From Candidatus Hydrogenedentota bacterium (GTDB taxonomy: Bacteria; Hydrogenedentota; Hydrogenedentia; Hydrogenedentales; SLHB01), in contig CAVUWV010000012.1 of the NCBI GenBank assembly GCA_963745075.1, positions 1-64,000 on the forward strand: DNA of 64,000 nucleotides, in the 5' to 3' direction. The translations under genes were made by a program, and so were the position numbers. Positions 1 to 10,329 of the stretch are shown here, in pieces. The notes below the pieces were generated by a model that worked only from the letters and a program-made list of their open reading frames with translations, did no database searches and was not told where the DNA came from. Each line of letters begins with the position of its first letter. Position 1 is the first letter of the stretch.

Positions 1-256
1 GATGGACCCGCCTTGGTTGGAGAGCTGTGGTGTGGTGGAGGTTGGCTCGGTGGATTGAGACTCGAAGTGGCCGGTGGGTGGGCCGGTGTAGACGGCTTCG
101 GCGTGGGCTCGGAGGGGGGAGCCGATGGGGAAGGCTTCGGGAGGCGTTCGGGGCCTTCCAAAAAGTGTTTACCCTACGAAGTTGCCTCGGTCCCCTTCGT
201 CTTTTCTTCTCTGACACAGCTTGACCCCCTCGCACAATCCCACCATAATTCGTCCC

Positions 257-1627
257 ATGGAGTCTGCACAGATCGGCGAACCGGCTACCACTGATCCATT
301 CGGGCGCGATCTTACCCACAACCTCATCCTGCCCACAATTCTCTTCGCGGCCCTGGGTGCGATGACTTGGGCGGTACGGGGTTGTTCCGGGTTCGGCGGG
401 TCGTCGGGCTGCATTTTTGCGGGGGTCACGTGGGGCGCCGCGTGGTGGTTTATCGCGCGCGATCCGAGTGGCACGCAGTCGCGCCGGTATACGTCCGGCT
501 GGATTATCCTGGCGATGACGTTCGGTATCGGCATGGCCGGCGCGCGGGGGTGGATGCAGTGGTCCAGCTTTTTTGAGGGACATCTGCAAACCAACTCTGC
601 GGAAGGCGAGTTCGTTCCTATCTCGCGCGCTTATGGGTTCCTCTGGCTCTTCATCGCGGGGGTGCCGTGGGCCGGTATCGGGGCGTGTATGCTCGCGTGG
701 TGTGGTTCCGCACGACGCACGACGATTTGGCACTGGATACTGCGCATCGGTTGCGGAGTTGGTGGCGCTTGGCTAGCCGTTACGCTTTTCAACCATCTGC
801 CGCAAGTGTTCCTTCCGCTGTACGGCACCATCGAGTCGCGGTATCACGATCTCGAAGCGAATCCCAATCTGCGCCGACTCATCAATGACAACCGGAACGC
901 GATCCTGCATCTGGGCATCTACCTGGGGTTCTTGACCTACGAATTGGGGCGTCGCGACTGGAAGAATGTGGTGCTGATTCTGACGGTTGGTCTGCTGAAC
1001 GGTGTCGGCTGGGCCGCGTGCCAGAACTGGAAATGGGCCGACGACGTCTGGCCCGAAGTCGGGTTCAACTGGTGGCGGTGTTGGGAATCGTCCGGCGGTA
1101 TCAGCATCGGGATTGCCTATGGCGTTGCCTACTACCTCGTCAATCGGCCGGTCACCGATTCGGAGCGTGAGCGGCTTGGTCCGCTTTTGACGAACATTCG
1201 TCCCAATCTCGAGCGGTTCGGCACGTATCTCGGGCTGATACTGGGACTGGGTCTGTCCATTCAGAACGGTCTCAAAGGCTGGGCCAATATCTATCTCGGT
1301 AACGAAGATCTCTGGGAAGACTGGTTCTGGAACGTCATCGGTCCAGTGATGCTGCTCTGCGTGGCAGGAACTGTAATCCTGATCGCAATGCAGCGCTTGC
1401 CGAAGGGCTACGAAGGCGACGTATTCCCCCGCGCAGCCTGGCTCATCTGGACCGTGCTCATCGTCCAAAACATCATCGCCCAACTTGTCACGGGTCCCCA
1501 TTCCAACTGGACCGAAACCGCCTTCAGCATTTATTACGGGATCCTATTCCTGCTTACGGCAGGCATCGTCGTTCACTACCAGTGGAACAAGACTGGCGAT
1601 TCCGGATCGCTCGCAGAAGAACCGTAG
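257..1627 (+). CDS. Multi-pass integral membrane protein of unknown function (Gly/Trp-rich)
   Basis: Long ORF with many hydrophobic segments. ATG at 257 chosen over TTG at 221. Followed by a hairpin. No family recognised. Confidence 0.75.
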   Translation: MESAQIGEPATTDPFGRDLTHNLILPTILFAALGAMTWAVRGCSGFGGSSGCIFAGVTWGAAWWFIARDPSGTQSRRYTSGWIILAMTFGIGMAGARGWMQWSSFFEGHLQTNSAEGEFVPISRAYGFLWLFIAGVPWAGIGACMLAWCGSARRTTIWHWILRIGCGVGGAWLAVTLFNHLPQVFLPLYGTIESRYHDLEANPNLRRLINDNRNAILHLGIYLGFLTYELGRRDWKNVVLILTVGLLNGVGWAACQNWKWADDVWPEVGFNWWRCWESSGGISIGIAYGVAYYLVNRPVTDSERERLGPLLTNIRPNLERFGTYLGLILGLGLSIQNGLKGWANIYLGNEDLWEDWFWNVIGPVMLLCVAGTVILIAMQRLPKGYEGDVFPRAAWLIWTVLIVQNIIAQLVTGPHSNWTETAFSIYYGILFLLTAGIVVHYQWNKTGDSGSLAEEP

Positions 1628-1666
1628 AGCGTCATCTCCCGGACTTGCCTTTCCGTGCCAACGAAA

Positions 1667-1701
1667 GACCGCGCAGATGAAACTTCCACATCTGCGCGGT
1701 C
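1667..1701. terminator. Hairpin between convergent genes, probable bidirectional terminator
   Basis: Perfect 13-bp inverted repeat GACCGCGCAGATG / CATCTGCGCGGTC with a 9-nt loop, lying between the stops at 1627 (+) and 1747 (-). Confidence 0.65.
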
Positions 1702-1746
1702 GTGCATTATGTCCGGCCAGAATATCAGCCGGCGTTTCTCAATCTG

Positions 1747-3861
1747 CTACGGCGTTGCGTCAGCCCGATTCAAATACGCCGTCAAGTCTGCCTTTTGCTG
1801 ATCCGTAACGACAATCCCGGACATCAGGGGCACGGTCGCGAGTTTGTTTGACATGGCCGGATACGTGAACGCCCCGACAGGTCCAAACAACCCCGGATGA
1901 CAGCCCATGCACTTGCTGTTCCAGACGGTTTCTCCGGCCGTGATGTTGCCCACCAGCGGCGACGGTATGTCGTAGGCGGTGGTGTTGCCGTTTGCGTCAA
2001 ACGGCCCCGACGGCGCAGCGGCAAAACCGGAATCGGGCGCGCTGAAGCCGCTGGTTCCGCTTAGGTTTGAGGCTTTGACCCAGTAGTAGTAGGTCGTGCC
2101 CTGGACGGCTGTCAGGTCGTCGTAGCTCGTTCCCGCCGGACTGTCCAGGAGAGACGCGCTTCCGGAATTGTTGGACGTATTGCGCCACACTTCGTAGCCG
2201 GAAGCTCCTGCGGACGCGTTCCACGTTACGCTGACCTTGTCCGTGAACGTGCCGTCGCTGGCCTGCACGTTGGTGGGTGCTGAGGGCGCGGGCGGCGGTG
2301 TGTCAGCGCGGAATCCCGTATCGGGCGCGCTGAAGCCGCTGGTGCCGTTCGTATTCGAGGCTTTGACCCAGTAGTAGTAGGTCGTGCCGACCACGGCCGT
2401 CAGGTCGTCGTAGCTCGTCCCCGCCGAACTGTCCAGGAGAGACGCGCTGCCGGAGTTGTTGGACGTATTGCGCCACACTTCGTAGCCCGTGGCGTCCGCG
2501 GAAGCATTCCACGTTACGGCGACTTTGTCGGTGTACGCGCCGTCACTCGCCTGCACGTTTGTCGGGGCGTCGGGAGCGGCCGGTGGCGGCGGGGGAGGAG
2601 GCGGAGGCGGGGTGCCGGTGCCGTCCCAGTTCAGATACGCGGTGATGTCGGCAATCTGCTGCCGGGATAGATCGAGGAAGGACATTTCCGAGACTTCGTG
2701 GAGCGCTTCTTTGATCTCTCCATACGGTTCCCCTTCCACGTTCCCGTACGGCGATGGATGGCAGGCCGCGCAGGACGAGGCGTAGAGATCCTCGCCGGTA
2801 TACGCGTTGCCGACGTAGCCGCTGGGTATGCCAAATCCGGTGGTGTTGGCGTTCTCATCGAATGTGCCACCGCCACCGTGATGACCGTTTTCGTCGTCAT
2901 CTCCTTCCCCGTCGTGATCGTCGTCTTCGCCATCATCATCCCCGTGGTGATCGCCGCCGCCACCCTGAGCCCATGCGACGACTTCGACAGTGTCCGCGAG
3001 GATTACGAAGTCATCCTGGAGGGCGAGCGTGCCATAGACGAGAACTTCCGCGTAGTTCTCGAGATCTTCCGGACCGCCCACCACGGGGTCCCCGCCGTCC
3101 GTCGTCGGCGGCAGTAGGATTTGCGCTTGGGAGAAGTCGACCAGAACGGTATGGTCCTTAATCTTCAATGTGAACACGTTGTCGTGTAAGCCGGCAATCT
3201 TGCCGAACGCTTCGACGGACTCCGCGGTGATGTAACCGTCATGCTCGTTGTCGTCGCCCGAAGAGTCATGGCGTTCAACCTCGACTTCGAATCCGCAGCC
3301 TATCTTCAGATACAACGAGTTGTCCTGCATCATGCAGATGCGGACGCGTTCCAACTTCAACTTCAGGACCCCATTGTCCTCGCTTCCGATGGTGAAGTTC
3401 CCGTCGAACGGGATCTCGCCATTGTCGGGGAGCGCAACAGGAAGAAAGACGTCGGGCGCCGACGTCAACGAAGCCTCCGCGTTGGACAGCAGGATCACCC
3501 CGCCGACGTAGTCGCCCGCGGGGATCGTGGTCGCCGCCAGAACCGTTCCGATATCCTGCAACGCCGAAACGTCCAGGGCGACCGGCGCATCGAGCACCGA
3601 AATCAGTTCGGAACCGGTGTCGGTGAGGCGTTCGAATTGCACGTCGTCAACGGTAACGTGCAGGCTCGCAATATCACTACTATTCAAACAACTCTCAGCA
3701 TTTGATTTCGTGTTGCCGCTCATGTCGGCTTTCAACAGAACTGCCACATTGCCTTTGACGGTTGCGGTCGGCTGCAAACATCCTGTGATGTAGGAGAGAG
3801 AAAGTGCGACTGCCGCCATCGCAATCAGCCGGGTGGGAGTGCGTAGATCGATCCTCTGCAT
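1747..3861 (-). CDS. Lipoprotein: DUF4382-like domain, His/Asp-rich linker, cytochrome c, two FN3 domains, second cytochrome c
   Basis: Lipobox-like ITGC after a hydrophobic N-terminus. CAACH at 2758-2772 and CMGCH at 1897-1911, each with a downstream Met. Two near-identical FN3 repeats (APTNVQASDG...YYYWVKA). Poly-Pro linker. Confidence 0.8.
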   Translation of the reverse strand: MQRIDLRTPTRLIAMAAVALSLSYITGCLQPTATVKGNVAVLLKADMSGNTKSNAESCLNSSDIASLHVTVDDVQFERLTDTGSELISVLDAPVALDVSALQDIGTVLAATTIPAGDYVGGVILLSNAEASLTSAPDVFLPVALPDNGEIPFDGNFTIGSEDNGVLKLKLERVRICMMQDNSLYLKIGCGFEVEVERHDSSGDDNEHDGYITAESVEAFGKIAGLHDNVFTLKIKDHTVLVDFSQAQILLPPTTDGGDPVVGGPEDLENYAEVLVYGTLALQDDFVILADTVEVVAWAQGGGGDHHGDDDGEDDDHDGEGDDDENGHHGGGGTFDENANTTGFGIPSGYVGNAYTGEDLYASSCAACHPSPYGNVEGEPYGEIKEALHEVSEMSFLDLSRQQIADITAYLNWDGTGTPPPPPPPPPPAAPDAPTNVQASDGAYTDKVAVTWNASADATGYEVWRNTSNNSGSASLLDSSAGTSYDDLTAVVGTTYYYWVKASNTNGTSGFSAPDTGFRADTPPPAPSAPTNVQASDGTFTDKVSVTWNASAGASGYEVWRNTSNNSGSASLLDSPAGTSYDDLTAVQGTTYYYWVKASNLSGTSGFSAPDSGFAAAPSGPFDANGNTTAYDIPSPLVGNITAGETVWNSKCMGCHPGLFGPVGAFTYPAMSNKLATVPLMSGIVVTDQQKADLTAYLNRADATP
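2030..2570 (-). repeat. Tandem 288-bp (96-aa) intragenic duplication encoding the two FN3 domains
   Basis: TCGGGCGCGCTGAAGCCGCTGGT occurs at 2033 and 2321 (offset 288), with long identical stretches throughout. Confidence 0.9.
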
Positions 3862-4485
3862 GGTATATGCCCCCTATGCGTTTTGTTCGTGACCCGTTAA
3901 CGAAACAAAGGACGGTGGATTACAGATGTTGCGCCGTGCGTTCCCCCCGATTGCTCAGGGCCGTGGTAGAGATTGGGTGTACCAGTGGCCTGACCGTTGT
4001 TTCCGCTTCGTTTCCCACTATCCCCAGGAATTCACCGGACGGCGGCAGTAGTGCCATCCCCTCCAGTGGCTGCCAGCAATAAGACCGATGACCGGCGAGT
4101 GATGCTTAGCAAGATCGAGTCCAAGACCGCATCATTCGCAGTGCCCTCACTTAACGCATTATGGTGCATTTGGTTTGCAGCTTTAGGTCCCGCTACCTTC
4201 CCCTACAACGCTTTTTGTCGATCGTTACATCGTCATCTAAAAGTTGTCATACCGTCAGAAATTCATCGGAAATGAATGCGATCGCGCAACAGAATTCACG
4301 TCTTCGTACCACGAAGAATGCGCCTGAACGCGGTCGCCGTTTGCGCGTGAGGCATTGAATTCCGCGCAAGTTGCGGATTCTCCAATTGCGATCGTCGCTC
4401 GAACTCGCGATCCGCTTCGGTGTCCCATGAAGTGCGCGCCAGTGACAAATCGTCAAACGACTGTGGTGACACGGAGGAATGAACA

Positions 4486-6973
4486 ATGCGAAATCGATGG
4501 AATCAACGAGCGGCCGCGATTCTCGTGGCATTGCTCCTGGGTTTGGGAACGGTCATGCCTGTATTTGCGGGAGAGAGGACGATTGCCCCCGGTGGATGCG
4601 TAATCATTCCGGATGACCAGGGCAACGTAGTGGGCGAGTGTCCGCTCGAACATACCGACGTTGATGTGGAGATTGCGGGATTTCTGGCGCGGGTAACCTT
4701 GACCCAGCGGTTTGCGAATCCCTACGAAGACCCCATAGAAGCCGTTTACACCTTTCCCATGTCCGAGAAGGCGGCGGTCGACACGATGGTGATGAAGGTG
4801 GGCGACCGCGTGATCAAGGGCATCATTAAAGAACGAAGCGAAGCGGAACGGATCTACCGCGAAGCACGCGATGCGGGAAAGACGGCGAGTCTCCTCGACC
4901 AGGAACGTCCGAACATATTCACGCAATCGGTGGCGAACATCATGCCCGGCGACGCGATCGAGATCACGATTTCGTATGTCGAGTACTTAAAGTACGAAGA
5001 CGGCGAATATGAATTCTCGTTTCCCATGGTGGTCGGTCCCCGCTACATCCCGAACGGCGGTCCGGCACCAATGCCGGAACCGAACCCCGTCCCCTTTGAG
5101 GAACCCCTCCCGGGAAAACCGGGCGTTCGTCCCGCGCCGATTCCGTACAACGGCCGGTACGTGCCGGATGCGAACCGTATCACGCCGCCCGTGACGCCGA
5201 AAGGCACGCGTGCCGGACACGACATTTCGCTGACGGTCGATTTGAACGCCGGGTTGCCGATTCGCGACATCGAATCGGTGCTTCATGAAGTGGATGTAAA
5301 GTCCGTATCGGAGTCCGAAGCTGTCATCCGGCTCAAGAATCAAAACGAGATCCCCAACCGCGATTTTGTTCTGAAGTATTCGGTCGCAGGAGAGGGTATC
5401 GAAGACGCGATCCTGACGCACACCGATGCTCGCGGCGGATTCGTCAGTCTGATCCTACAGCCGCCGGCCCGGCTGGCGCCGGAAGCGATCACGTCCAAGG
5501 AGATGATCTTCGTCATTGACGTGAGCGGTTCCATGCGTGGGTTCCCGCTCGAGAAAGGCGAAGTCGGCGATGCGGATGTGCATCGAGGGGATGAACCCCC
5601 ACGACACGTTCAATTTGGTCACCTTCGCGGGCGGTCTGGGATACTGCTTCGATAAGCCCGTGCCCAACACGAATCAGAATCGCGCAATGGCTCTCGAATA
5701 CCTTGCCAACCTCGAAGGCGGCGGGGGCACGGAAATGATGCAGGCCATCCAGGCGGCGTTGGGCAACCAGAACGATCCCGAACGGTTGCGCACGGTGTGC
5801 TTCATGACGGACGGCTTCATCGGCAACGATATGGCCATTTTGGACGCTATCCGGAAGAACGTTGACACGGCGCGCGTGTTTGCCTTCGGGATTGGCAGTT
5901 CGGTCAACCGATTCCTCATTGAAGGCATGGGCCGGGAAGGCCGTGGCGCGTCGGAGGTGATTACCCTTGAATCCGACGGTGACGAGGCCGCGCAACGATT
6001 CCATGAGCGAATCCAGAGTCCCGTCCTGACCGATATCTCCATTGAGTTCAACGGGTTGCCGGTGACGGATCTGTATCCTGCGCCCAATGCGGTTCCGGAT
6101 TTGTTTGCGTCCCAGCCCATCGTGCTCACCGGACGCTATACGGGTCGTGGCAAAGGTACCGTGACCGTTCGGGGCAATACATCCCAAGGCCCGTTCGAGC
6201 GATCGATCCCCGTGGCCCTACCCGGCGACGAACCGGCGAATGACGTGTTAGCTTCGCTTTGGGCACGGCAGCGGATCGAGTGGTTGATGGCTGAGGATTG
6301 GCTCGGCGCGCAAGTCGGCAGCCCGAAACCGGGAATCAAGCAGGACATCATCGACTTGGGCCTCGAATTCTCGCTCGTCACGCACTATACGAGTTTCGTT
6401 GCAGTCGAAGAGCGGGTGGTTAACGAAAATGGCCAGCCTCGGACGGTCCAGGTCCCGGTCGAAATGCCCGATGGCGTCAGTTACGAAGGCGTATTCGGGG
6501 ATACCGCGAAAGGGGAAGCGCTGCAAAGCCTCGGATATCTGGCACCTTCGAGAGCCGCTGTCGCGCCTGCGAGCCCCAGCTTATCGAAGACGATGCGGAT
6601 GAAATCGGTCCCGCCAGCCGGTGCCGGGGAACCCGTGGCGTCTGACGAGGCCGAACGGCAAATCGAGTCCAAAGCGGAAGCAGACAAAGATAGTGCGTCC
6701 AAGATTGCGCCCGAGCTTCGTGGTCTGGCTGCGAAGGTCCGAAACGGGAATTACACCGAAGGTGCGGTCAAGGTCCGCAATGGAATGGTCCGCGTTTTCG
6801 TCAAAGTCTCGAAGATGGACCTGGCGACCGCCAAAGTCTTGCGCGGAACCGGCGCGCGAATCGTTTCAGAAATGCACTCCGACAACACGTACTACGTCAC
6901 CGTGCCGGTCGAGGCCTTGGAAAAACTCGCGGCATTGGACGTGGTGTTGCGGGTGGAACCGCCGAAAATGTGA
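4486..6973 (+). CDS. Secreted VIT (vault/inter-alpha-trypsin) + vWA domain protein; one frameshift near 5554 (ORFs 4486-5655 and 5537-6973)
   Basis: GGAGG RBS and signal peptide. VIT motifs (EAVYTFP, SLLDQERPNIF, NIMPG). MIDAS DVSGS, then GGGTE and FMTDG in the next frame. Removing one A from GAGAAAGGCG gives GFPLEKAKSAM. Confidence 0.85.
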
Positions 6974-7002
6974 GACTTGCCCGGAACGCAGTAACACACG
7001 AC

Positions 7003-7030
7003 GAGAGCGGCCCTTGCTGGGGCCGCTCTC
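7003..7030. terminator. Hairpin between convergent genes, probable bidirectional terminator
   Basis: 11-bp perfect stem GAGAGCGGCCC / GGGCCGCTCTC with a 6-nt loop. Confidence 0.65.
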
Positions 7031-7055
7031 TGAATGTCGGTGTCGATCCAGAGTG

Positions 7056-7421
7056 CTACGGGCTTCTAATTAGTTGGGGCGGAACGGTCTTCCCCAGCCC
7101 ATAGACCGAAACGTTAACGGTTCCCGACGTGGGACACAGTTTTCGCATGGCCGCTTTTGAGAGGTCGATCACCCGGCCGCGGACATAGGGTCCGCGGTCG
7201 TTCAGCTTGCAAATCACGGTACGTCCATTGTCGGCGGCGACGAGGAAATACTCGCCGAACTCGCCGTCGCGCATAGCGCACGTAAGTTCATTCTCATCAA
7301 ATACTTCACCAGATGCGGTGGTTCTGCTGCTGCTGGCTACCGTGTAATACGATGCTTCGCCTTGGGCGACCGGCTGCAGGGGCTGATGCGAGAGAAGCAT
7401 CAACGCGAGTACTTCAAACAT
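7056..7421 (-). CDS. rlpA: RlpA-family (DPBB) septal ring lytic transglycosylase-like protein
   Basis: GEASYY, TASGEVFD, LNDRGPYVRGRVIDLSKAA motifs; GGAGG RBS. Confidence 0.85.
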   Translation of the reverse strand: MFEVLALMLLSHQPLQPVAQGEASYYTVASSSRTTASGEVFDENELTCAMRDGEFGEYFLVAADNGRTVICKLNDRGPYVRGRVIDLSKAAMRKLCPTSGTVNVSVYGLGKTVPPQLIRSP

Positions 7422-7559
7422 GGCCGTGGCCTCCTTCTCTCTAAGGCAGATGGCGGAATTGTTTCGGAGGGGTGAAACTGCACCTTTCCGCCAATCCGGG
7501 GAGAATAGCCTAATCCAGGCTTTTGAGTCAAATCTGTCACGCCCGCAGGCGTGGGGAGG

Positions 7560-8757
7560 TCAGATCTTGGCGTCCTGGTGGTCCAAGGCGACGCCGGTCA
7601 GGACCCGACGGAGTCTTTCGAGGGCAACGACCGCCGTCCGCAATTGATTGAGCGGGTCCAGCTTGTGATACGACGATTTCCAGGCGGTTTCGCTCTCCGG
7701 CGTGCGCAGCACGGTGAGTAAAGAACGCTGGGCTGAGTCCGTAACCATCCCGAGTCCGCACGTGGATGCGAACGTGGATTGGACCGAACGGGCAAGTTCC
7801 CGGGCGGAGATCTCCGTGCCGGGCGCCGCGTCTGTGAGACCATGGACGATACCGCCGGCAAAGCTGCCCGCGTTCGCCGCCGTCAAGCGTTGCGCGATCA
7901 TCCCGCCGGTAAACGATTCGCCAACGGCCAAGGTCCAGCCCCGTTCCTGAAGCAGGCCGTCGACGACCTGTTCCAGGGTATCGTCGCCGGTTCCCATCAC
8001 GAGTCCCGGCAATCGGTCACGGACTTGGCGTTCTACGGCTGCAATTCGCTCGTCGGCCTCTTCCTGAGCGTCGGCTCTCGCGGTGATTCGGATTCGAACC
8101 CATTCCGGTGAAGCCAATACGCCAATCGTGGGATTATCCAGTCGCGCCATCAGATCGCCCATTTGCGTGTCCACCCACGATTCACCGACGCCGCAGACCT
8201 TCAGGACGCGATGATAGAGCCCGCCCTTGATGTTGTAACGTTCACGAAGGTAGGGGATGACCCGTTCGTCGAGCATGGCGTAAAGTTCGTGGGGTACGCC
8301 CGGCATGCAGATGACTTCCCCGCGGTTGTCGCCGCAAATCAGCCCCGGGGCCGTTCCGTTCGGATTGGGAATGATCTGAGCCCCGGCCGGGGCGGTGGCC
8401 TGTTTGCGGTTGTTTTCCGTGATCGTACGGCGGACCGAGGCAAAACGCGCCACCAGTGCATCGTAGAGCGATCGGTCGAATTCGAGGGGGCGGCCGAATA
8501 CCTCGGCGACGGCCTCGCGAGTGAGGTCGTCCTCCGTGGGGCCGAGTCCCCCGGAACGTCAGTACGACATCGGCGCGCTCCAGGGCGGTTTCCAGCGTTC
8601 GCGTAATCCGTTGCCGGTTATCGCCCACGGTGGTTTTCTGGTAGATGTGAATCCCGTTTTCCGCCAACACGCGACCCATGTGGGCCGCGTTCGTGTCGAC
8701 GATCTGCCCGAGGAGCAGTTCGGTGCCAATCATGACAATTTCTGCGTTCATACTCAT
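7560..8757 (-). CDS. cinA: CinA-family competence/damage-inducible protein (MoCF-biosynthesis-like + NMN deamidase-like domains); one frameshift near 8555
   Basis: IGTELLLGQIVDTNA and TVGDN. Deleting one base restores TSGGLGPTEDDLTREA. Later GTAPG, MPGVPHE and ESFTGG. Confidence 0.88.
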
Positions 8758-8822
8758 TCACCGGTAGATTATGGGGTTTGTTGGCGTATTGCCGTGGCGC
8801 GGGTCCGTCTATGATCTGAAAC

Positions 8823-8846
8823 CCGGCGCCGCGGTTGCGACGCCGG
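8823..8846 (-). terminator. Possible intrinsic terminator after the DUF1559 gene
   Basis: Minus strand CCGGCGUCGC-AACC-GCGGCGCCGG followed by GUUUC. Confidence 0.45.
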
Positions 8847-8875
8847 ATAGGATATACGCCGTACTGCCAGTCATT

Positions 8876-9859
8876 CTATAAGGTAAACGCGGGGACCAGC
8901 GTGGCATAGTTCTCGGAAATCGGGAATTTTCCAGGGTACTTCACGAAATTGGCATGTCCGTCCATGTAGAGGACGTTCCCGCCGCCTGGAACGTGGTTGA
9001 ACTGGACCCCTTTTGAGATGTCGGCGCCGGTATTGTCCCAGGCAACGGGAAGCTCGGTTTGGCCCATGGCGCTTCCCGCGGGGTTATTAATGTCGGTAAT
9101 CAAGAAGCGCTCGATACCTTCGCGCAGGCGATTCACCACATTACCCCCGCCATTGCCTTCGCCGGGGGCAAATCCACCGATGTCGATGTTGCCGGCAAGC
9201 AGATTGTCGTCAGTGGGATCTTGATCGATAATGCCGGGAGGTGCTGTCGTGCCGTTATTGGTAAAGATGGCGAGGGAGATTCCGACCAACTGAGACGGAC
9301 CCGTAATCGTGGGGGGACTTCCGGACGGATTTGGTATGGTCATCGTGGGGAAATTGTCGTCCGCCCGATCGATGGCAAACCCCAGATACTGGTAACTCAC
9401 GTCTCCATTGGTGATCGCGCCGTTGTAGTCCCTTCCGTCGGCGGTACTTACGCAACCTCCCGGGCTGGCCGCATGGGCTTGAAGATAGGGAGCGAAACCG
9501 TCCATTTCTTGATCAACGTCGGAAGGACAAATCAGGAGATTGGGATCCGAACAATATTCCGGATAGACGGCGTACATGTCTGCGAAGAAGTCGAAATCCG
9601 GATATGCTGCGTCGCAGTCGGGCAGGTTGCCGCTGTCGCCAAAAAGTTCATCCCCGTGCATAGGGGGCCATGCTTCCCCTTTGGACTCGTTCGCATACAT
9701 CTTGAAGATGATGCCCCACTGTTTTAGGTTATTCTGGCAGCTCGCCCGCCGGGCAGCTTCTCGCGCACGTGCGAGCGCAGGCAAGAGTATGGCCGCCAAT
9801 ATCCCTATGATGGCAATCACGACCAAAAGCTCTATTAACGTAAACCCACGTTGAACCAT
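8876..9859 (-). CDS. DUF1559 prepilin-type N-terminal cleavage / H-X9-DG domain protein
   Basis: [18 protein letters not shown]...[25 protein letters not shown], and [19 protein letters not shown] at 9859 follows a purine-rich RBS. Confidence 0.9.
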   Translation of the reverse strand: MVQRGFTLIELLVVIAIIGILAAILLPALARAREAARRASCQNNLKQWGIIFKMYANESKGEAWPPMHGDELFGDSGNLPDCDAAYPDFDFFADMYAVYPEYCSDPNLLICPSDVDQEMDGFAPYLQAHAASPGGCVSTADGRDYNGAITNGDVSYQYLGFAIDRADDNFPTMTIPNPSGSPPTITGPSQLVGISLAIFTNNGTTAPPGIIDQDPTDDNLLAGNIDIGGFAPGEGNGGGNVVNRLREGIERFLITDINNPAGSAMGQTELPVAWDNTGADISKGVQFNHVPGGGNVLYMDGHANFVKYPGKFPISENYATLVPAFTL

Positions 9860-10329
9860 TCTATTGACCCCCTTCTCTTGTGCCGGTATCCCCCCCACGC
9901 GCATTCTAAAATCGGCCGGCAACAGCGGCACGTGTCCACAAGCGACACTCTCGCTCGACGGCAAAACGTGCACTTCATGTGCGGAATTGGTATGCCCTCA
10001 AAAGAGGATATGGTGGTAAGTGGCAACAAGTACCTGGCCGTGACGTGCCAATCGCTTGTCTACCATTTCGAGTTGCCCAATCCCCTGCAAACGGTCAAGC
10101 ACTGACGGAATCCATGTTCCTATGAATATTCTTCAGCGTAAAAAGTATAGCACAACTGGGCGCCTCTGGCGCTCCGCCCCCTCGACCGTGTATTCTTAAT
10201 GGACGGTATTTTGCAGTTTCGGTGCCGCGGCGTTTCGCGCATCGGCGGCGAATGCTCCGTTTCTCATCACATCAGAGCGGAACGCTCCGATTTGGTCGGC
10301 TCTCCGCAACGAACCATCTTGGAAGAAAC

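Noticed and set aside
1..165. Pro-rich open frame on the minus strand running off the left edge (PKPSPSAPPSEPTPKPSTP)
   Set aside because: Only a weak TTG start directly after a stop, low complexity and truncated; cannot be supported as a gene
4041..4056. Possible sigma54 promoter TGGCAC-N7-GC on the minus strand upstream of the cytochrome lipoprotein
   Set aside because: The -12 element reads CCGC rather than TTGC; such matches arise by chance in GC-rich DNA
3862..4485. Long divergent intergenic region checked for riboswitch or ncRNA
   Set aside because: No recognisable c-di-GMP, cobalamin, TPP or SAM consensus by eye; needs an Rfam scan
5550..8560. Programmed ribosomal frameshifting or phase variation at the VIT-vWA and cinA breaks
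   Set aside because: No canonical slippery heptamer or long simple-sequence tract; similar breaks are scattered over unrelated genes, favouring sequencing error
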